Assembly (NCBI GenBank): GCA_900752545.1
Contig: CAADVS010000038.1
Coordinates: forward strand, 6,083-70,082
Direction: 5' to 3'
Source: an uncultured Collinsella sp.
Lineage (GTDB): Bacteria; Actinomycetota; Coriobacteriia; Coriobacteriales; Coriobacteriaceae
DNA: 64,000 nucleotides
The notes below the pieces were generated by a model. That model had not been told where the DNA came from. It did no database searches and saw nothing but the letters and a program-made list of their open reading frames with translations. A program made the position numbers and the translations under genes. This document shows positions 27,428 to 37,034 of this stretch, in pieces (the stretch's first letter is position 1; each line of letters begins with the position of its first letter).

Positions 27428-29932
27428 CTATAGGTAGCGACCGGTAATGCTCTTGGAGCAGGCCGCGATGTCGCCTGGCGTACCGGCGCAGACGATTTGC
27501 CCGCCGGCGCCACCACCGCCCGGGCCCATGTCGATCACGTAATCGGCGTTACGGATAAGGTCGAGATCGTGCTCGATCACGATAACCGTGGCGCCCTTGG
27601 CAACGAGACCGTCAAACACGTTCAGCAGCACCTGAACATCGAGCGGATGTAGTCCAATCGTGGGCTCGTCGAACACGAATACGGCATCATCCTGCACGCG
27701 GCCCATCTCGCTCGCAAGCTTAAGACGCTGTGCCTCGCCGCCCGAAAGCGCCGGCGTGGGCTCACCAAGCGTGAGATAGCCCAATCCCAGGTCGTGCAAG
27801 GTCTGCAAGCGCGTCTGAACTTTCTTGAGTCCCAGCGTGGCGTCGATAGCCTCGTCCACACTCATGTCCATGAGCTGCGGCAACGTAAGCAGGCTCCCGT
27901 CCTTGCCCTCGCGATGGATATGCGAAGCCGCGTCTGCATAACGTGAGCCGCGACATGCCGGGCAAACGATCTCGACATCGGGCAAAAACTGCACGTCGAG
28001 CGATATCGAACCCGTGCCATCGCACGTGGGGCAGCGCAAGGCACCGGTGTTGTAGCTAAAGGCACCTGCCTTGTAGCCGGCTGCCTTGGCCTCGGACGTA
28101 CGGGCGAAGGCGCGGCGCAATTCATCATGGATGTCGGCATAGGTCGCTACCGTCGAGCGAACGTTGGCGCCGATGGGCGTGGCGTCAATCAGATTGGCGC
28201 GGGCAATGCCTTCGGCATCGACCCAGCGCACGTGCCCCGGCAGGCGCTCGCCGGCTGCCTGCGCCTTAAGCGCCGGGATGAGCGTCTCAAGCACCAACGT
28301 CGTCTTACCCGAACCCGAAACGCCCGTCACCGCAACGAGACGGCCGCGCGGGATATCGACCTCGAGCGGCTTGACGGTATGGATGGTATCGGTCGCCATA
28401 CGGATATGACCCTGGTCGAACATTTCGTCGTCAGCCACTTGCGGGCGCAAGCGCTTGGGCTCGGCGCGCAAAAACGGCGCGATACGGCTGCCCCGCGATT
28501 GTTCGACCTCGCCTACCGTACCGGCGGCGATCACGTTGCCGCCACCTGCTCCGGCAACGGGGCCCATCTCAACCAGATAATCAGCCTCGGCCAGCACGCG
28601 CGTGTCGTGGTCGACAACAACCACGGTGTTGCCGTCATCCACCAGATCGCGCATCACGCCCACCAAGCCGTCGACATTGGCGGGATGCAAGCCGATCGAA
28701 GGCTCGTCCAGCACATAAAGCACACCTGTCGATCGATTACGCACCACGCGGGCAAGCTGCACGCGCTGGCGCTCACCCGTGGAGAGCGTGGCACCGGCGC
28801 GGTCGAGTGAAAGGTAATCGAGTCCCAGGTCGACTAGACGACGGGCCGCGCTCAAAAACGAATCGCAGATATCCGTCGCCATGGGCCGCATCTCGGACGG
28901 CAAGGATGCGGGCACCCCGCGCACCCACTCAATCGCCTCGCCCAGCGTCATAGCCGCCGCCTGCGCCAGATTGATACCGCGCACCTGGGGCTGGCGTGCA
29001 GCCTCGGAGAGACGCGTGCCGCCGCAATCGCGGCATGGGCCCTCGCGCAAAAAGCGCGCAACGCGTTTTAAGCCCTTATCGTCCTTGACCTTGGCGAGCG
29101 CATTCTCGACGGTATAGACGGCGTTGTAATAGGTAAAGTCGAGCGGCGTGGCGCCCTCGCCGTTTTTGGGAACGTAGAGAATGTGCTTCTTAACCGCCGG
29201 ACCGTGGAACACGATATCGCGCTCTTGAGGCGTGAGCTGGTTAAACGGCACGTCGGTGCGCACGCCCATCTCGCCTGCCACCTGCTTCATCAGATCCCAC
29301 ATGAGCGTGCCCCAAGGAAGCACCGCGCCCTCGTTGATAGTCTTCGACTCATCGGGCACCAGGCTCGCTTCGTCCACCTCGCGCATAACGCCTGTGCCGC
29401 CACAAGTGGGACACGCGCCGCCGCTATTGAAAGCCAAATCCTCGGCACTCGGCGCGTAGAACTCGCGGTCGCATGTCGGACACGTGAGCGACAGGCCTGC
29501 GGCCACGTTAAGGCTCGGCTCCACGCGCGCCCCGCAGTGCGGGCACACGTGATGGGCGCAGCGGCTAAAGAGCAGACGCAGGCTATTGTTGAGCTCGGTC
29601 ATGGTGCCAAAAGTGGAACGCACGCCCGGCACGCTGGGGCGCTGGTGCAGCGCGAGCGCCGCCGGTACGTGCAGCACCTCGTCCACTTGGGCGTGCTCGG
29701 CCTGCGTCAGACGACGGCGGGTATAGGTGCTGAGCGCCTCCAGGTAACGACGCGAGCCCTCGGCATAAAGAACCCCCAGCGCCAGCGAGCTCTTGCCCGA
29801 ACCCGACACGCCGGCAATACCCACGAGCTTTCCCAGCGGAATATCGATATCGACGTCCTTGAGGTTATGGACACGCGCACCACGCACCTCGATAGCCTGC
29901 GGGCTCATCTTCTGTTCTGTCACCTTTATCAC
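27428..29932 (-). CDS. UvrA-like ABC ATPase, short class II (UvrA2/DrrC-like)
   Basis: GARVHNLK, two GVSGSGK Walker A motifs, Zn fingers, LSTGE/LSGGE signatures; 834 aa, apparently lacking the UvrB-binding insertion. Confidence 0.85.
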   Translation of the reverse strand: MIKVTEQKMSPQAIEVRGARVHNLKDVDIDIPLGKLVGIAGVSGSGKSSLALGVLYAEGSRRYLEALSTYTRRRLTQAEHAQVDEVLHVPAALALHQRPSVPGVRSTFGTMTELNNSLRLLFSRCAHHVCPHCGARVEPSLNVAAGLSLTCPTCDREFYAPSAEDLAFNSGGACPTCGGTGVMREVDEASLVPDESKTINEGAVLPWGTLMWDLMKQVAGEMGVRTDVPFNQLTPQERDIVFHGPAVKKHILYVPKNGEGATPLDFTYYNAVYTVENALAKVKDDKGLKRVARFLREGPCRDCGGTRLSEAARQPQVRGINLAQAAAMTLGEAIEWVRGVPASLPSEMRPMATDICDSFLSAARRLVDLGLDYLSLDRAGATLSTGERQRVQLARVVRNRSTGVLYVLDEPSIGLHPANVDGLVGVMRDLVDDGNTVVVVDHDTRVLAEADYLVEMGPVAGAGGGNVIAAGTVGEVEQSRGSRIAPFLRAEPKRLRPQVADDEMFDQGHIRMATDTIHTVKPLEVDIPRGRLVAVTGVSGSGKTTLVLETLIPALKAQAAGERLPGHVRWVDAEGIARANLIDATPIGANVRSTVATYADIHDELRRAFARTSEAKAAGYKAGAFSYNTGALRCPTCDGTGSISLDVQFLPDVEIVCPACRGSRYADAASHIHREGKDGSLLTLPQLMDMSVDEAIDATLGLKKVQTRLQTLHDLGLGYLTLGEPTPALSGGEAQRLKLASEMGRVQDDAVFVFDEPTIGLHPLDVQVLLNVFDGLVAKGATVIVIEHDLDLIRNADYVIDMGPGGGGAGGQIVCAGTPGDIAACSKSITGRYL

Positions 29933-29933
29933 C

Positions 29934-31052
29934 CTACTCGTGCCATAAAATGCGATCGCTAATGTACGCGCCCAGCATGGGCACGGTAAATCGGACGAGG
30001 CCGTATCCGGCAGCCTCGATGACGCGCTCGCGAATCAGACTTGCGCGATATTTACTCGCCCAACTCTGAGTACGGTCGCAACGCTCAATGATGTCCGCCA
30101 TGCGCGTCGGCTTGCCCTCGTCAGCCGCCATGGCCTCGATAAAGAGGCGCTGCGGACTGCGCAACCCGTAATACAAGGGAGCGTCCACTGCTTCATAGAA
30201 CTCGGAGATGGCATCCGCGTGCCCAGCCTCAACATCGCGCTCTTCAATGACCTGCGAGTCACGCCGAACGGCAGACCGCCACATGTAATATCCCACGAGC
30301 TGAACCATATAGGGATGCCCCATGCTCTTGTGTGCCGCAAGGTCCGCTGTCTCCGCGTCAACGTAAAGGCCAGTATCTTTGACCGTCTGGATATATGATT
30401 CGCGCACCTTGGGCAAAGATATCGCCCCCAGCGTACGCTGCTGGGCACGCCGCAAAAACGTTACGCTCGGCTCTTCGAGCAGATCGTCAACCATGCTGGG
30501 TAAGCCGGCGAACACCAGCGCAAGACCGCGCTGGTCGCTATCGGGCAAGCCCGTGGCATCTTGGTCTCCGAGCACCTGCTGATAGAGAACGGCAAGAGCC
30601 GCCAGTTCCTCGATAGACGCCGATTGCGCCTCGTCAATCGCAAACAGTATGCCCTTGCCTGGACCGAGCTTCTTGAGGCGCTCGTTGACCAGCCCTCGCA
30701 ACGTTTCGCCCTTTGCCCGCGCCGCCTCGACCGACATCCGGCCAAACGACGGACCGAACTCCATTGACGTCACAACGGGCTTATTCGAGTGAAGCGCGTC
30801 GGCCAATCGGTCGCATAAGCCAAGCGAAGCGGAATCGGAGATAACCGCCCATCCGCGCTCGCTGGCTAGACGTTGCAGCTCCCGCAGGAGAACCGTTTTG
30901 CCGCAGCCGCGGTTTCCCGTAATGAGCATGAGCCTACCCGGCGCTCCGGCGCCGTTATCGAGCCCTTCCTCGAAATCTTCGACGACCGACTCGCGACCGA
31001 TGAGTATCGGAGGCCGCTTGCCAGCCGTGGGCTTAAAGGGATTTGGATTCAT
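29934..31052 (-). CDS. AAA (AAA_16-like) ATPase with C-terminal winged HTH, paralog 2
   Basis: NPFKPTAG..P..LIGR, TGNRGCGKT, FAIDEAQ, TFLRRA, GHPYMVQLVGY. Confidence 0.82.
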   Translation of the reverse strand: MNPNPFKPTAGKRPPILIGRESVVEDFEEGLDNGAGAPGRLMLITGNRGCGKTVLLRELQRLASERGWAVISDSASLGLCDRLADALHSNKPVVTSMEFGPSFGRMSVEAARAKGETLRGLVNERLKKLGPGKGILFAIDEAQSASIEELAALAVLYQQVLGDQDATGLPDSDQRGLALVFAGLPSMVDDLLEEPSVTFLRRAQQRTLGAISLPKVRESYIQTVKDTGLYVDAETADLAAHKSMGHPYMVQLVGYYMWRSAVRRDSQVIEERDVEAGHADAISEFYEAVDAPLYYGLRSPQRLFIEAMAADEGKPTRMADIIERCDRTQSWASKYRASLIRERVIEAAGYGLVRFTVPMLGAYISDRILWHE

Positions 31053-31085
31053 GTCGGCCTCCTCGGATTGGCAAACCCTGGTAAT

Positions 31086-31115
31086 AGTTATACCAACTTA
31101 TACCGAGTTATACCA
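31086..31115 (-). promoter_or_regulatory. Three 10-bp direct repeats upstream of AAA paralog 2 (putative operator/-10)
   Basis: AGTTATACCA-ACTTATACCG-AGTTATACCA; the minus strand reads TGGTATAACT units. Confidence 0.55.
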
Positions 31116-31119
31116 ATAG

Positions 31120-31152
31120 CATGTGACAAAGGAACTGTCCCTTTGTCACATG
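31120..31152. repeat. Family-A REP-like palindrome overlapping the GTPase stop codon
   Basis: CATGTGACAAAGGAACTGTCCCTTTGTCACATG. Confidence 0.78.
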
Positions 31153-33149
31153 TGGCCGAAAAACTCGGCGTCTGCTGCTCGCCAGGGGCGGAAGGTGGCG
31201 GGATCGATCTTTACGTGCGCCGCGGCGGGTACGTCGTACCATTTGACCGTGTAACCGGCGCCGTGAGAGCAAAAGACCGAGTCGGGCGTGTTGGGCAGAT
31301 CGGCCTCGGGCTCATAGGCGGCAGCCTCTATAACGCGCTCGGCATCATGGCAAGCCGCATAGCCGGCAAACTCCAGGTACAGATGTCCGCGACCGCTCGT
31401 GTAGGCAGCCACCTCCAGCGCGTAATCCTGCACCTCGGATGCCGGCACGCGACCCATAAGCTTCGCCCGGTCTCCCGCCATCGTCGGCGGCTCGTACTCG
31501 GCACCCATGCGTGTGGCATCCGAGAGCGCCCGGCCCACGCACTCCCCCGGCACCTCGAGTTCAAAGCGATACCACGGCTCCAACAGCACCGCCGCGCCGG
31601 CCTCACGCGCCTGCATCAAACCCTGACGAATCGCGCGGTACGTGGCCTGGCGAAAATCGCCGCCCTCGGTGTGTTTGGCATGCGCACGGCCGCCCGTGAG
31701 CGTAATGCGCACATCGGTGATGGGCGAGCCGGTCAGCACGCCCAGGTGATCGCGCTCCATGGCGTTGGTGAGTGCCAAACGCTGCCAGTTAAGATCGAGC
31801 TCGTCGGTCGAGGTCACGGTGCCAGACTGCACGCCCGAACCCGCTGCCAACGGCTCCAGGCGCAGATGCACCTCGGCATAGTGGCGCAGTGGCTCAAAGT
31901 GGCCCACGCCCTCGACCGGCTGCGAAATAGTCTCCTTATAGAGAATGCCGCCAGACTCAAACGCAACCGAAAGGCCAAAGCGATCGGCCAACATCCGCTG
32001 CACGACCTCGAGTTGCACGGCGCCCATCAACTGCAAATGAATCTGCTCAAGATGCGTATTCCAGCTTACGCCGAGCATGGGATCTTCGTCCGCCAGCTCA
32101 GTCAACGCTTTGAACACCGCATGGACATCGTGTTCGCCCGGAAGCACCGTATAGGTGAGAACTGGCGCAATGACGGGCGCATCGCCCGCGGGCTCCGCAC
32201 CCAGGGCGTCCCCTGGGCGAACGTGCGCAAGACCCGTCACGGCACAAATACCGCCAGCGGCAACTTCTTGGGCAAGCTCATACTTCTCGCCGTTATAGAT
32301 GCGTACCTGATCGACCTTCTGCTCCCATGCCTCGGCACCGGAACGTCCGCCAATCACCTGCTTGGCATGCAGCGTGCCGCCCGTCACCTTGACCCAGGTA
32401 AGACGCTCACCGCGATCCCCGCGGCTGACACGATAGACGCGCGCGGCAAACTCCGGGAGCCACGCCTGTTCACGCATCAGCGCGCATATGCCATCCAGCA
32501 GCTCGTCCACACCTTGGTCCTTAAGCGCCGAGCCGGCAAAGCAGGGAAAGAGCTTGCGCTCGGCAACCATGCGCGACAGCGTCGCGACGGAAAGCTCACC
32601 CGTCTCGAGAAACTCCTCGAGCGCCGCCTCGTCCAACGCAGCAGCGTCCTCCTGAACGGCGCCGCCCGCCAGCAGTTCGTTGGCATCCAGGCAGCCTTCG
32701 GAAAGACGCTGCCCGAGCTGTGCCAGCAAAACATCGCGGCCGGGATTCTCCAAATCGATTTTGTTGATAAAGATGAACGTCGGGATGTCATAGCGCGCAA
32801 GCAGGCGCCACAGGGTTTCGGTATGCCCCTGCACGCCATCGTTGGCACCCACAACCAAAATCGCGTAGTCCAGGGCGCGCAACGTGCGCTCAGCCTCGGC
32901 CGAAAAATCGACGTGGCCGGGCGCATCCACGAGCATGACGTGGGTATCACCGTGGTCGAGCACGGCCTGCGACGAGAAAATCGTAATGCCACGCTCGCGC
33001 TCGATCTCGTTCGTATCCAAATGCGAATCGCCATCGTCCACGCGGCCGCGCTTGCGAATGCGACCCGCGTTGAACAGCATGGCCTCGGCCAACGTGGTCT
33101 TGCCGGCATCGACATGCGCCAAGATTCCAACGACCGCTTGCTTCGACAT
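31146..33149 (-). CDS. EF-G/TetM-like translational GTPase (not a canonical ribosomal protection protein)
   Basis: GILAHVDAGKTT, ERERGITI, DAPGH, NKID; domain IV loop AHAKHTEGGDFR lacks TetM YSPVST. Confidence 0.85.
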   Translation of the reverse strand: MSKQAVVGILAHVDAGKTTLAEAMLFNAGRIRKRGRVDDGDSHLDTNEIERERGITIFSSQAVLDHGDTHVMLVDAPGHVDFSAEAERTLRALDYAILVVGANDGVQGHTETLWRLLARYDIPTFIFINKIDLENPGRDVLLAQLGQRLSEGCLDANELLAGGAVQEDAAALDEAALEEFLETGELSVATLSRMVAERKLFPCFAGSALKDQGVDELLDGICALMREQAWLPEFAARVYRVSRGDRGERLTWVKVTGGTLHAKQVIGGRSGAEAWEQKVDQVRIYNGEKYELAQEVAAGGICAVTGLAHVRPGDALGAEPAGDAPVIAPVLTYTVLPGEHDVHAVFKALTELADEDPMLGVSWNTHLEQIHLQLMGAVQLEVVQRMLADRFGLSVAFESGGILYKETISQPVEGVGHFEPLRHYAEVHLRLEPLAAGSGVQSGTVTSTDELDLNWQRLALTNAMERDHLGVLTGSPITDVRITLTGGRAHAKHTEGGDFRQATYRAIRQGLMQAREAGAAVLLEPWYRFELEVPGECVGRALSDATRMGAEYEPPTMAGDRAKLMGRVPASEVQDYALEVAAYTSGRGHLYLEFAGYAACHDAERVIEAAAYEPEADLPNTPDSVFCSHGAGYTVKWYDVPAAAHVKIDPATFRPWRAADAEFFGHM

Positions 33150-33454
33150 GGCTCTCCTCTTATTACGAGCCCATCGCACGCGGCAACGGGCGTTCACGCT
33201 CCACACTGGATGATACAATTTACGGGCCGGCGGGCGAAGCGGGCCCTATCCCCCGACCGAGCTCATCGCCCCGCGTTGCCGCGCGGCGATTTTCGTAGGT
33301 TCGCGCCTTGCGAAAGCCGGCACCTCCCCATTTTGTCTGCCCGGGCTCATCTGGGGCGATAACAACGCGAGCCCCACAACAACGCGTTTTACCAAAAATG
33401 GCCCCACTCGGGGCCATTTTCATTTCGGTGAAACGCTGGTATGTGACTCGGCCT

Positions 33455-33943
33455 TTATGCCTCGCGCAGCCAATCAAACGCGACGCGCGGCGTACCGTCC
33501 GACACATATACGATACCGGCGCGCTTAAACCCCGCCTTAATACTCGCGCCTTGCATGGGCAGGTTATCCTGATGCGTGTCGATACGCAGGTGGTTGGCGC
33601 GCTCCTTGGCAAAGGCAAACATCGCAGCCGCGATGCCGTGCGCGGTGCCATCGGACGCCACACGGTGCAGCACGGCGTACGGAGTGTCGCTGCGCCATTG
33701 ACCGTCCTCAATGACGTCATAGCACTCGTCCGGACCCGGTAAAAAGGCAAACGTCGCCACCACGCGACCGTCGACTTCGCACACATAACTGCCACCAGCG
33801 GCAATATCGGCAGCCAGTTGCTCGGCCGAAGGCGTGCCCTCGGGCCACTGCGTGGCGTTGCCATGCGCGCGCATAAAGGCGCGGGCCACGTCATAGATAG
33901 CCATGACGGCGGGAGTGTCGGTATCGAGGGTTTTTCTGATCAT
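33455..33943 (-). CDS. GNAT family N-acetyltransferase
   Basis: QWPEGTP, YAVLHRVAS..G.A, LRIDTHQDNLPMQ, GFKRAG. Confidence 0.82.
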   Translation of the reverse strand: MIRKTLDTDTPAVMAIYDVARAFMRAHGNATQWPEGTPSAEQLAADIAAGGSYVCEVDGRVVATFAFLPGPDECYDVIEDGQWRSDTPYAVLHRVASDGTAHGIAAAMFAFAKERANHLRIDTHQDNLPMQGASIKAGFKRAGIVYVSDGTPRVAFDWLREA

Positions 33944-34020
33944 CACGCGGCGACCTCACGTTTATTGGTATCACTTTGATTGAGCAATGATACCAACGTT
34001 TTGAGAAGGGCGCGAAGCAG

Positions 34021-34317
34021 ATGGGAAGCAAAAAGCGAGCCGCCTGGTCAAAGGCCAAAAGCGAGTTTTTAGGCGCTGCCACCGGCGGCGATATGAGCGA
34101 CCTGTTTGCACGCGAGGACGAGCGCCGCGACGCCCTGGACGCCGAGCGCGATGAAGCTTGGCGCTACAAGTCGTGCGAGCGCAAAAACCGTTACGACACG
34201 CGTGCCGAGGCCGAGGCCGTTATGGCCGACTGCGAAAACCGCGGACGCCGCGGGCTGGCCTGCTACAAATGCGAATACTGCGGCGGCTGGCACCTGACGT
34301 CGCACCCTTGGAAATAG
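34021..34317 (+). CDS. Small hypothetical protein with putative zinc ribbon
   Basis: SCERKNRY...YKCEYCGGWHLTS; coding-like codon usage. Confidence 0.65.
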   Translation: MGSKKRAAWSKAKSEFLGAATGGDMSDLFAREDERRDALDAERDEAWRYKSCERKNRYDTRAEAEAVMADCENRGRRGLACYKCEYCGGWHLTSHPWK

Positions 34318-34365
34318 GCCCCGCATCGACACGGCACCGATGGAGCGTCAACCATCGTACGCAAG

Positions 34366-35070
34366 CTACGGGCGCGGCGGCACCAAAACATCGTAGCGAA
34401 CGGCCTTGCCCGCAAGCTGATAGCTCGGCTTAACGCCGGCAAGCAGTGGCCCCTTCACCGGCCGTTTGATAACGACCTTGCGCGGCCGCACCGCAAGCGC
34501 GGCTTCGACCAGCGCCTCCTCATCGGCACACGGCTGCTCCAGATGGTGCAAGAGTTGGAACTTCTTTTTCACCGCCGCGCTCTTGGTGCGCTCGGGAAAC
34601 ATGGGGTCCAGATACACCACGTCGGGAGCCGCGAGCTCGCCCTGCCCGATCAACTCAGCTGCATGGCGAAGGCCGGCAATACTGTCCTCGCCCGCATGTA
34701 AGCGCATGCGTGACACGGCAGCCGCAAGCGCCGGATCATCTGCCGCGCGATCCAGGGCATCCTGAAGCAGCGCCGCGATCACGCAATCCTGCTCATACAG
34801 ATCGACGGTAAAGCCCGCGGCCGCCAGCAGCAGCGAATCCTCGCCAAAGCCTGCCGTGGCGTCAATCGCCCATGGGCTCTCGATGCCTTTTGCGCGCGCA
34901 GCCTTTACCAGCAGCTCTTGCTGCAGACGGCCCTGCTTGAGCCGCGGAAGCATGCGGTCAAAATCGGCACGCAGCTCCATCGTGCCGTCGGTGAGCGTGA
35001 GGCCCTCGGACTTCCCGGTCAGCTCAAGCCCCGCGGCCCGAGCAACAGAAAAGGGATCGACGACACCCAT
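34366..35070 (-). CDS. rsmJ: 16S rRNA m2G1516 methyltransferase-like (RsmJ family)
   Basis: DATAGFGEDS, DVVYLDPMFPER.KSA.VKK, VVIKRP. Confidence 0.82.
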   Translation of the reverse strand: MGVVDPFSVARAAGLELTGKSEGLTLTDGTMELRADFDRMLPRLKQGRLQQELLVKAARAKGIESPWAIDATAGFGEDSLLLAAAGFTVDLYEQDCVIAALLQDALDRAADDPALAAAVSRMRLHAGEDSIAGLRHAAELIGQGELAAPDVVYLDPMFPERTKSAAVKKKFQLLHHLEQPCADEEALVEAALAVRPRKVVIKRPVKGPLLAGVKPSYQLAGKAVRYDVLVPPRP

Positions 35071-35133
35071 GGGTACTCCTTAACAAGCTAAACGAATACG
35101 TGAGCGCCGTTCATGCCAGCACCCAACCGTCCG

Positions 35134-35277
35134 CTATTGTCCCACATGCGACATGGCCCACAGCATCCCAATGCAAAGCACCGCCATCAATCCCGTGCAC
35201 ACGGCAGCGATCACAGAATCACCCATGCGCCTTCCCAACGACCGCGGCTCACGCACTTGCCCTGCTCCGTACATCAT
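35134..35277 (-). CDS. 47-aa single-TM small protein
   Basis: Strong AAGGAGGAG RBS; MMYGAGQ...SVIAAVCTGLMAVLCIGMLWAMSHVGQ hydrophobic helix. Confidence 0.5.
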   Translation of the reverse strand: MMYGAGQVREPRSLGRRMGDSVIAAVCTGLMAVLCIGMLWAMSHVGQ

Positions 35278-35510
35278 GACTCCTCCTTGAGACCAGCTCC
35301 TTGTTACGGCCTCATCATCGCAGCGCCGCACATGGGCTGCCATCGATTTGGCTTACGTCCAGCTTTCCTTTTTGAAAGGTTGGGGTGGGCTGCGCGGGGT
35401 CAAAGCGCTTTCAGGCGCATGCATCGCCGCGTTGAACTACAATGTGCTTCACCATATGTGCAGCACATGGGGTACGTCAGATTGACGTACTCGTATCGAA
35501 AGGACCAGCC

Positions 35511-35912
35511 ATGAGTTCCGCTCGCAAGACTCTCAAAATCCTTGCCCTCGTCTACTTTGTTTTGGGCATCGCCAGCCTCGTCATCGCCGGCGTCGGCATC
35601 GCGACCGGCAACCTCGATTCCACGTACGGGTCGAACGCCATGCTCGCCGCGGTCGTGCTGGTCGCCAAGGGCCTCATCGATCTCGCCGCGGGCGTTGCGG
35701 GCATCAAGGGCGCCAACAAGCCTTCGCAGGTGGATGGTGCGTTTAAGCTCGGCATCGTTGCCGCAATCGCCACGATTGCGCAGGCCGCGCTCACGCTTCC
35801 CGCGCTCGGCGGCAGCTCCGTCAATATCGTCGCCTTTGTCATCGTGGTCTACGACCTGTTCTTTGTTCAGCAGGCACACGCCGTTAAGGCCGAGAACAAG
35901 GACCGCCTGTAA
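35511..35912 (+). CDS. Small 4-TM membrane protein, unknown function
   Basis: AAAGGA RBS, four hydrophobic segments, typical codon usage. Confidence 0.7.
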   Translation: MSSARKTLKILALVYFVLGIASLVIAGVGIATGNLDSTYGSNAMLAAVVLVAKGLIDLAAGVAGIKGANKPSQVDGAFKLGIVAAIATIAQAALTLPALGGSSVNIVAFVIVVYDLFFVQQAHAVKAENKDRL

Positions 35913-36003
35913 GCGCTCGCTTCTCATAACCTCTGCAGCCAAGCAACTAAAAAGGGCCGATCGCGCATCTCCGCGGTCGGCCCTTTACGTTTGCCCAGAC
36001 AAA

Positions 36004-36038
36004 ACCTACCAAAACAAACCTGTCCCTTTTTGGCAGGT
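36004..36038. repeat. Family-A REP-like palindrome
   Basis: ACCTACCAAAACAAACCTGTCCCTTTTTGGCAGGT, near identical to 15404-15438. Confidence 0.78.
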
Positions 36039-36040
36039 TG

Positions 36041-36856
36041 TTAGCTGTGGCGGTACTCGGCGATGATGAAGTCGATGTCGGTTTGAAGGGTATCCAGGTT
36101 TGCCAAGCGCTCTTTGTCGGCAGGGCGCGTGCGGTAGTAGTACGGCGTCATCTGGAACACCGCCTCGATGTCGGCCTGGGTCTGGAGCGTAATATTCGCA
36201 GATACCCGCTGCGTTCCGACCAACTCGAGCTCGGTAGTCTTCGGCAGCTTCTCGTCGTTAAGGTACGGCATATCGTAGAGCACTTCCTTAAGCCCAAACA
36301 GATGACGGGCACCCGGCACCACGGTGTAGAGCGAGCCCTCCGGCGCCAGCACGCGGGCAAACTCGCGCTCGTTAAAGGGAGCGAAGAGCTCGGTCACCAT
36401 ATCGAAGGCGCCATCGGCCACAGGGATGTCCTTCATGTTGGCTACGAAATAGGTCGCATCGTCGCGCTTGGCGGCAAGGCGCACCATCTCTTTGCCCAGG
36501 TCGAAACCGTAAGCATCCACGCCCGGCACCGCGCCCATGGCGCTGGTGTAATAGCCCTCGCCGCAGCAAATATCGAGCAGCGTCATGGGACCGCTCGTAG
36601 ACGCAGCACGCCCAGACACCTGCTTGCGCACCAGCTCGACCATCGCATCGCGCAACGGCGCGTAGTATCCACGGTTCAGAAAGTCACGACGGCTGCGCGC
36701 CTGTGACTTGGGATCGCCCATGGAGTCGCCGCTCTTGGACGAGCGCAATAGATATAGATAGCCCTCGCGCGCACGGTCAAACCGGTGTCCGCCCGCGCAT
36801 GCAGCACCGCGTTCGTCATCCACCAGCGGCTCATGGCAAACGGGACACAACAACAT
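36041..36856 (-). CDS. rlmA: 23S rRNA m1G745/748 methyltransferase (RlmA family)
   Basis: CPVC..C..GHRFDRAREGY Zn finger, RR.FL..GYY, LDICCGEGYY, MTPYYY. Confidence 0.87.
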   Translation of the reverse strand: MLLCPVCHEPLVDDERGAACAGGHRFDRAREGYLYLLRSSKSGDSMGDPKSQARSRRDFLNRGYYAPLRDAMVELVRKQVSGRAASTSGPMTLLDICCGEGYYTSAMGAVPGVDAYGFDLGKEMVRLAAKRDDATYFVANMKDIPVADGAFDMVTELFAPFNEREFARVLAPEGSLYTVVPGARHLFGLKEVLYDMPYLNDEKLPKTTELELVGTQRVSANITLQTQADIEAVFQMTPYYYRTRPADKERLANLDTLQTDIDFIIAEYRHS

Positions 36857-36909
36857 GGCAACTCCTTAGCGCGAACAACACAACGCCCACCATTGTCGCA
36901 CGCCTTCCC

Positions 36910-36973
36910 CGCCTAGTCATTGGGGACGTTCTTGAATGAGTAATCGTTTTAGAACGTCCCCAATGACTAGGCG
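36910..36973. repeat. Family-B REP-like palindrome with 23-bp perfect arms
   Basis: CGCCTAGTCATTGGGGACGTTCT...AGAACGTCCCCAATGACTAGGCG. Confidence 0.8.
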
Positions 36974-37034
36974 ATTAGGAGTATCATCGTCTGCGCAAAT
37001 AAGCACAAAAGAGCATGTTAGAGATTGAGAGCGT

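Noticed and set aside
31146..33149. tet(W)/tet(M) resistance gene
   Set aside because: Lacks the YSPVST loop, has host-like codon usage and has no mobile context.
30873..33362. 829-aa plus-strand ORF and similar long antisense ORFs (962..2590, 56807..58441, 5909..7441 and others)
   Set aside because: Shadow frames of real genes caused by high GC; no recognisable motifs.
33220..33450. Structured ncRNA between the GTPase and GNAT genes
   Set aside because: Several hairpins including a terminator-like stem, but no recognisable family and no repeat elsewhere in the window.
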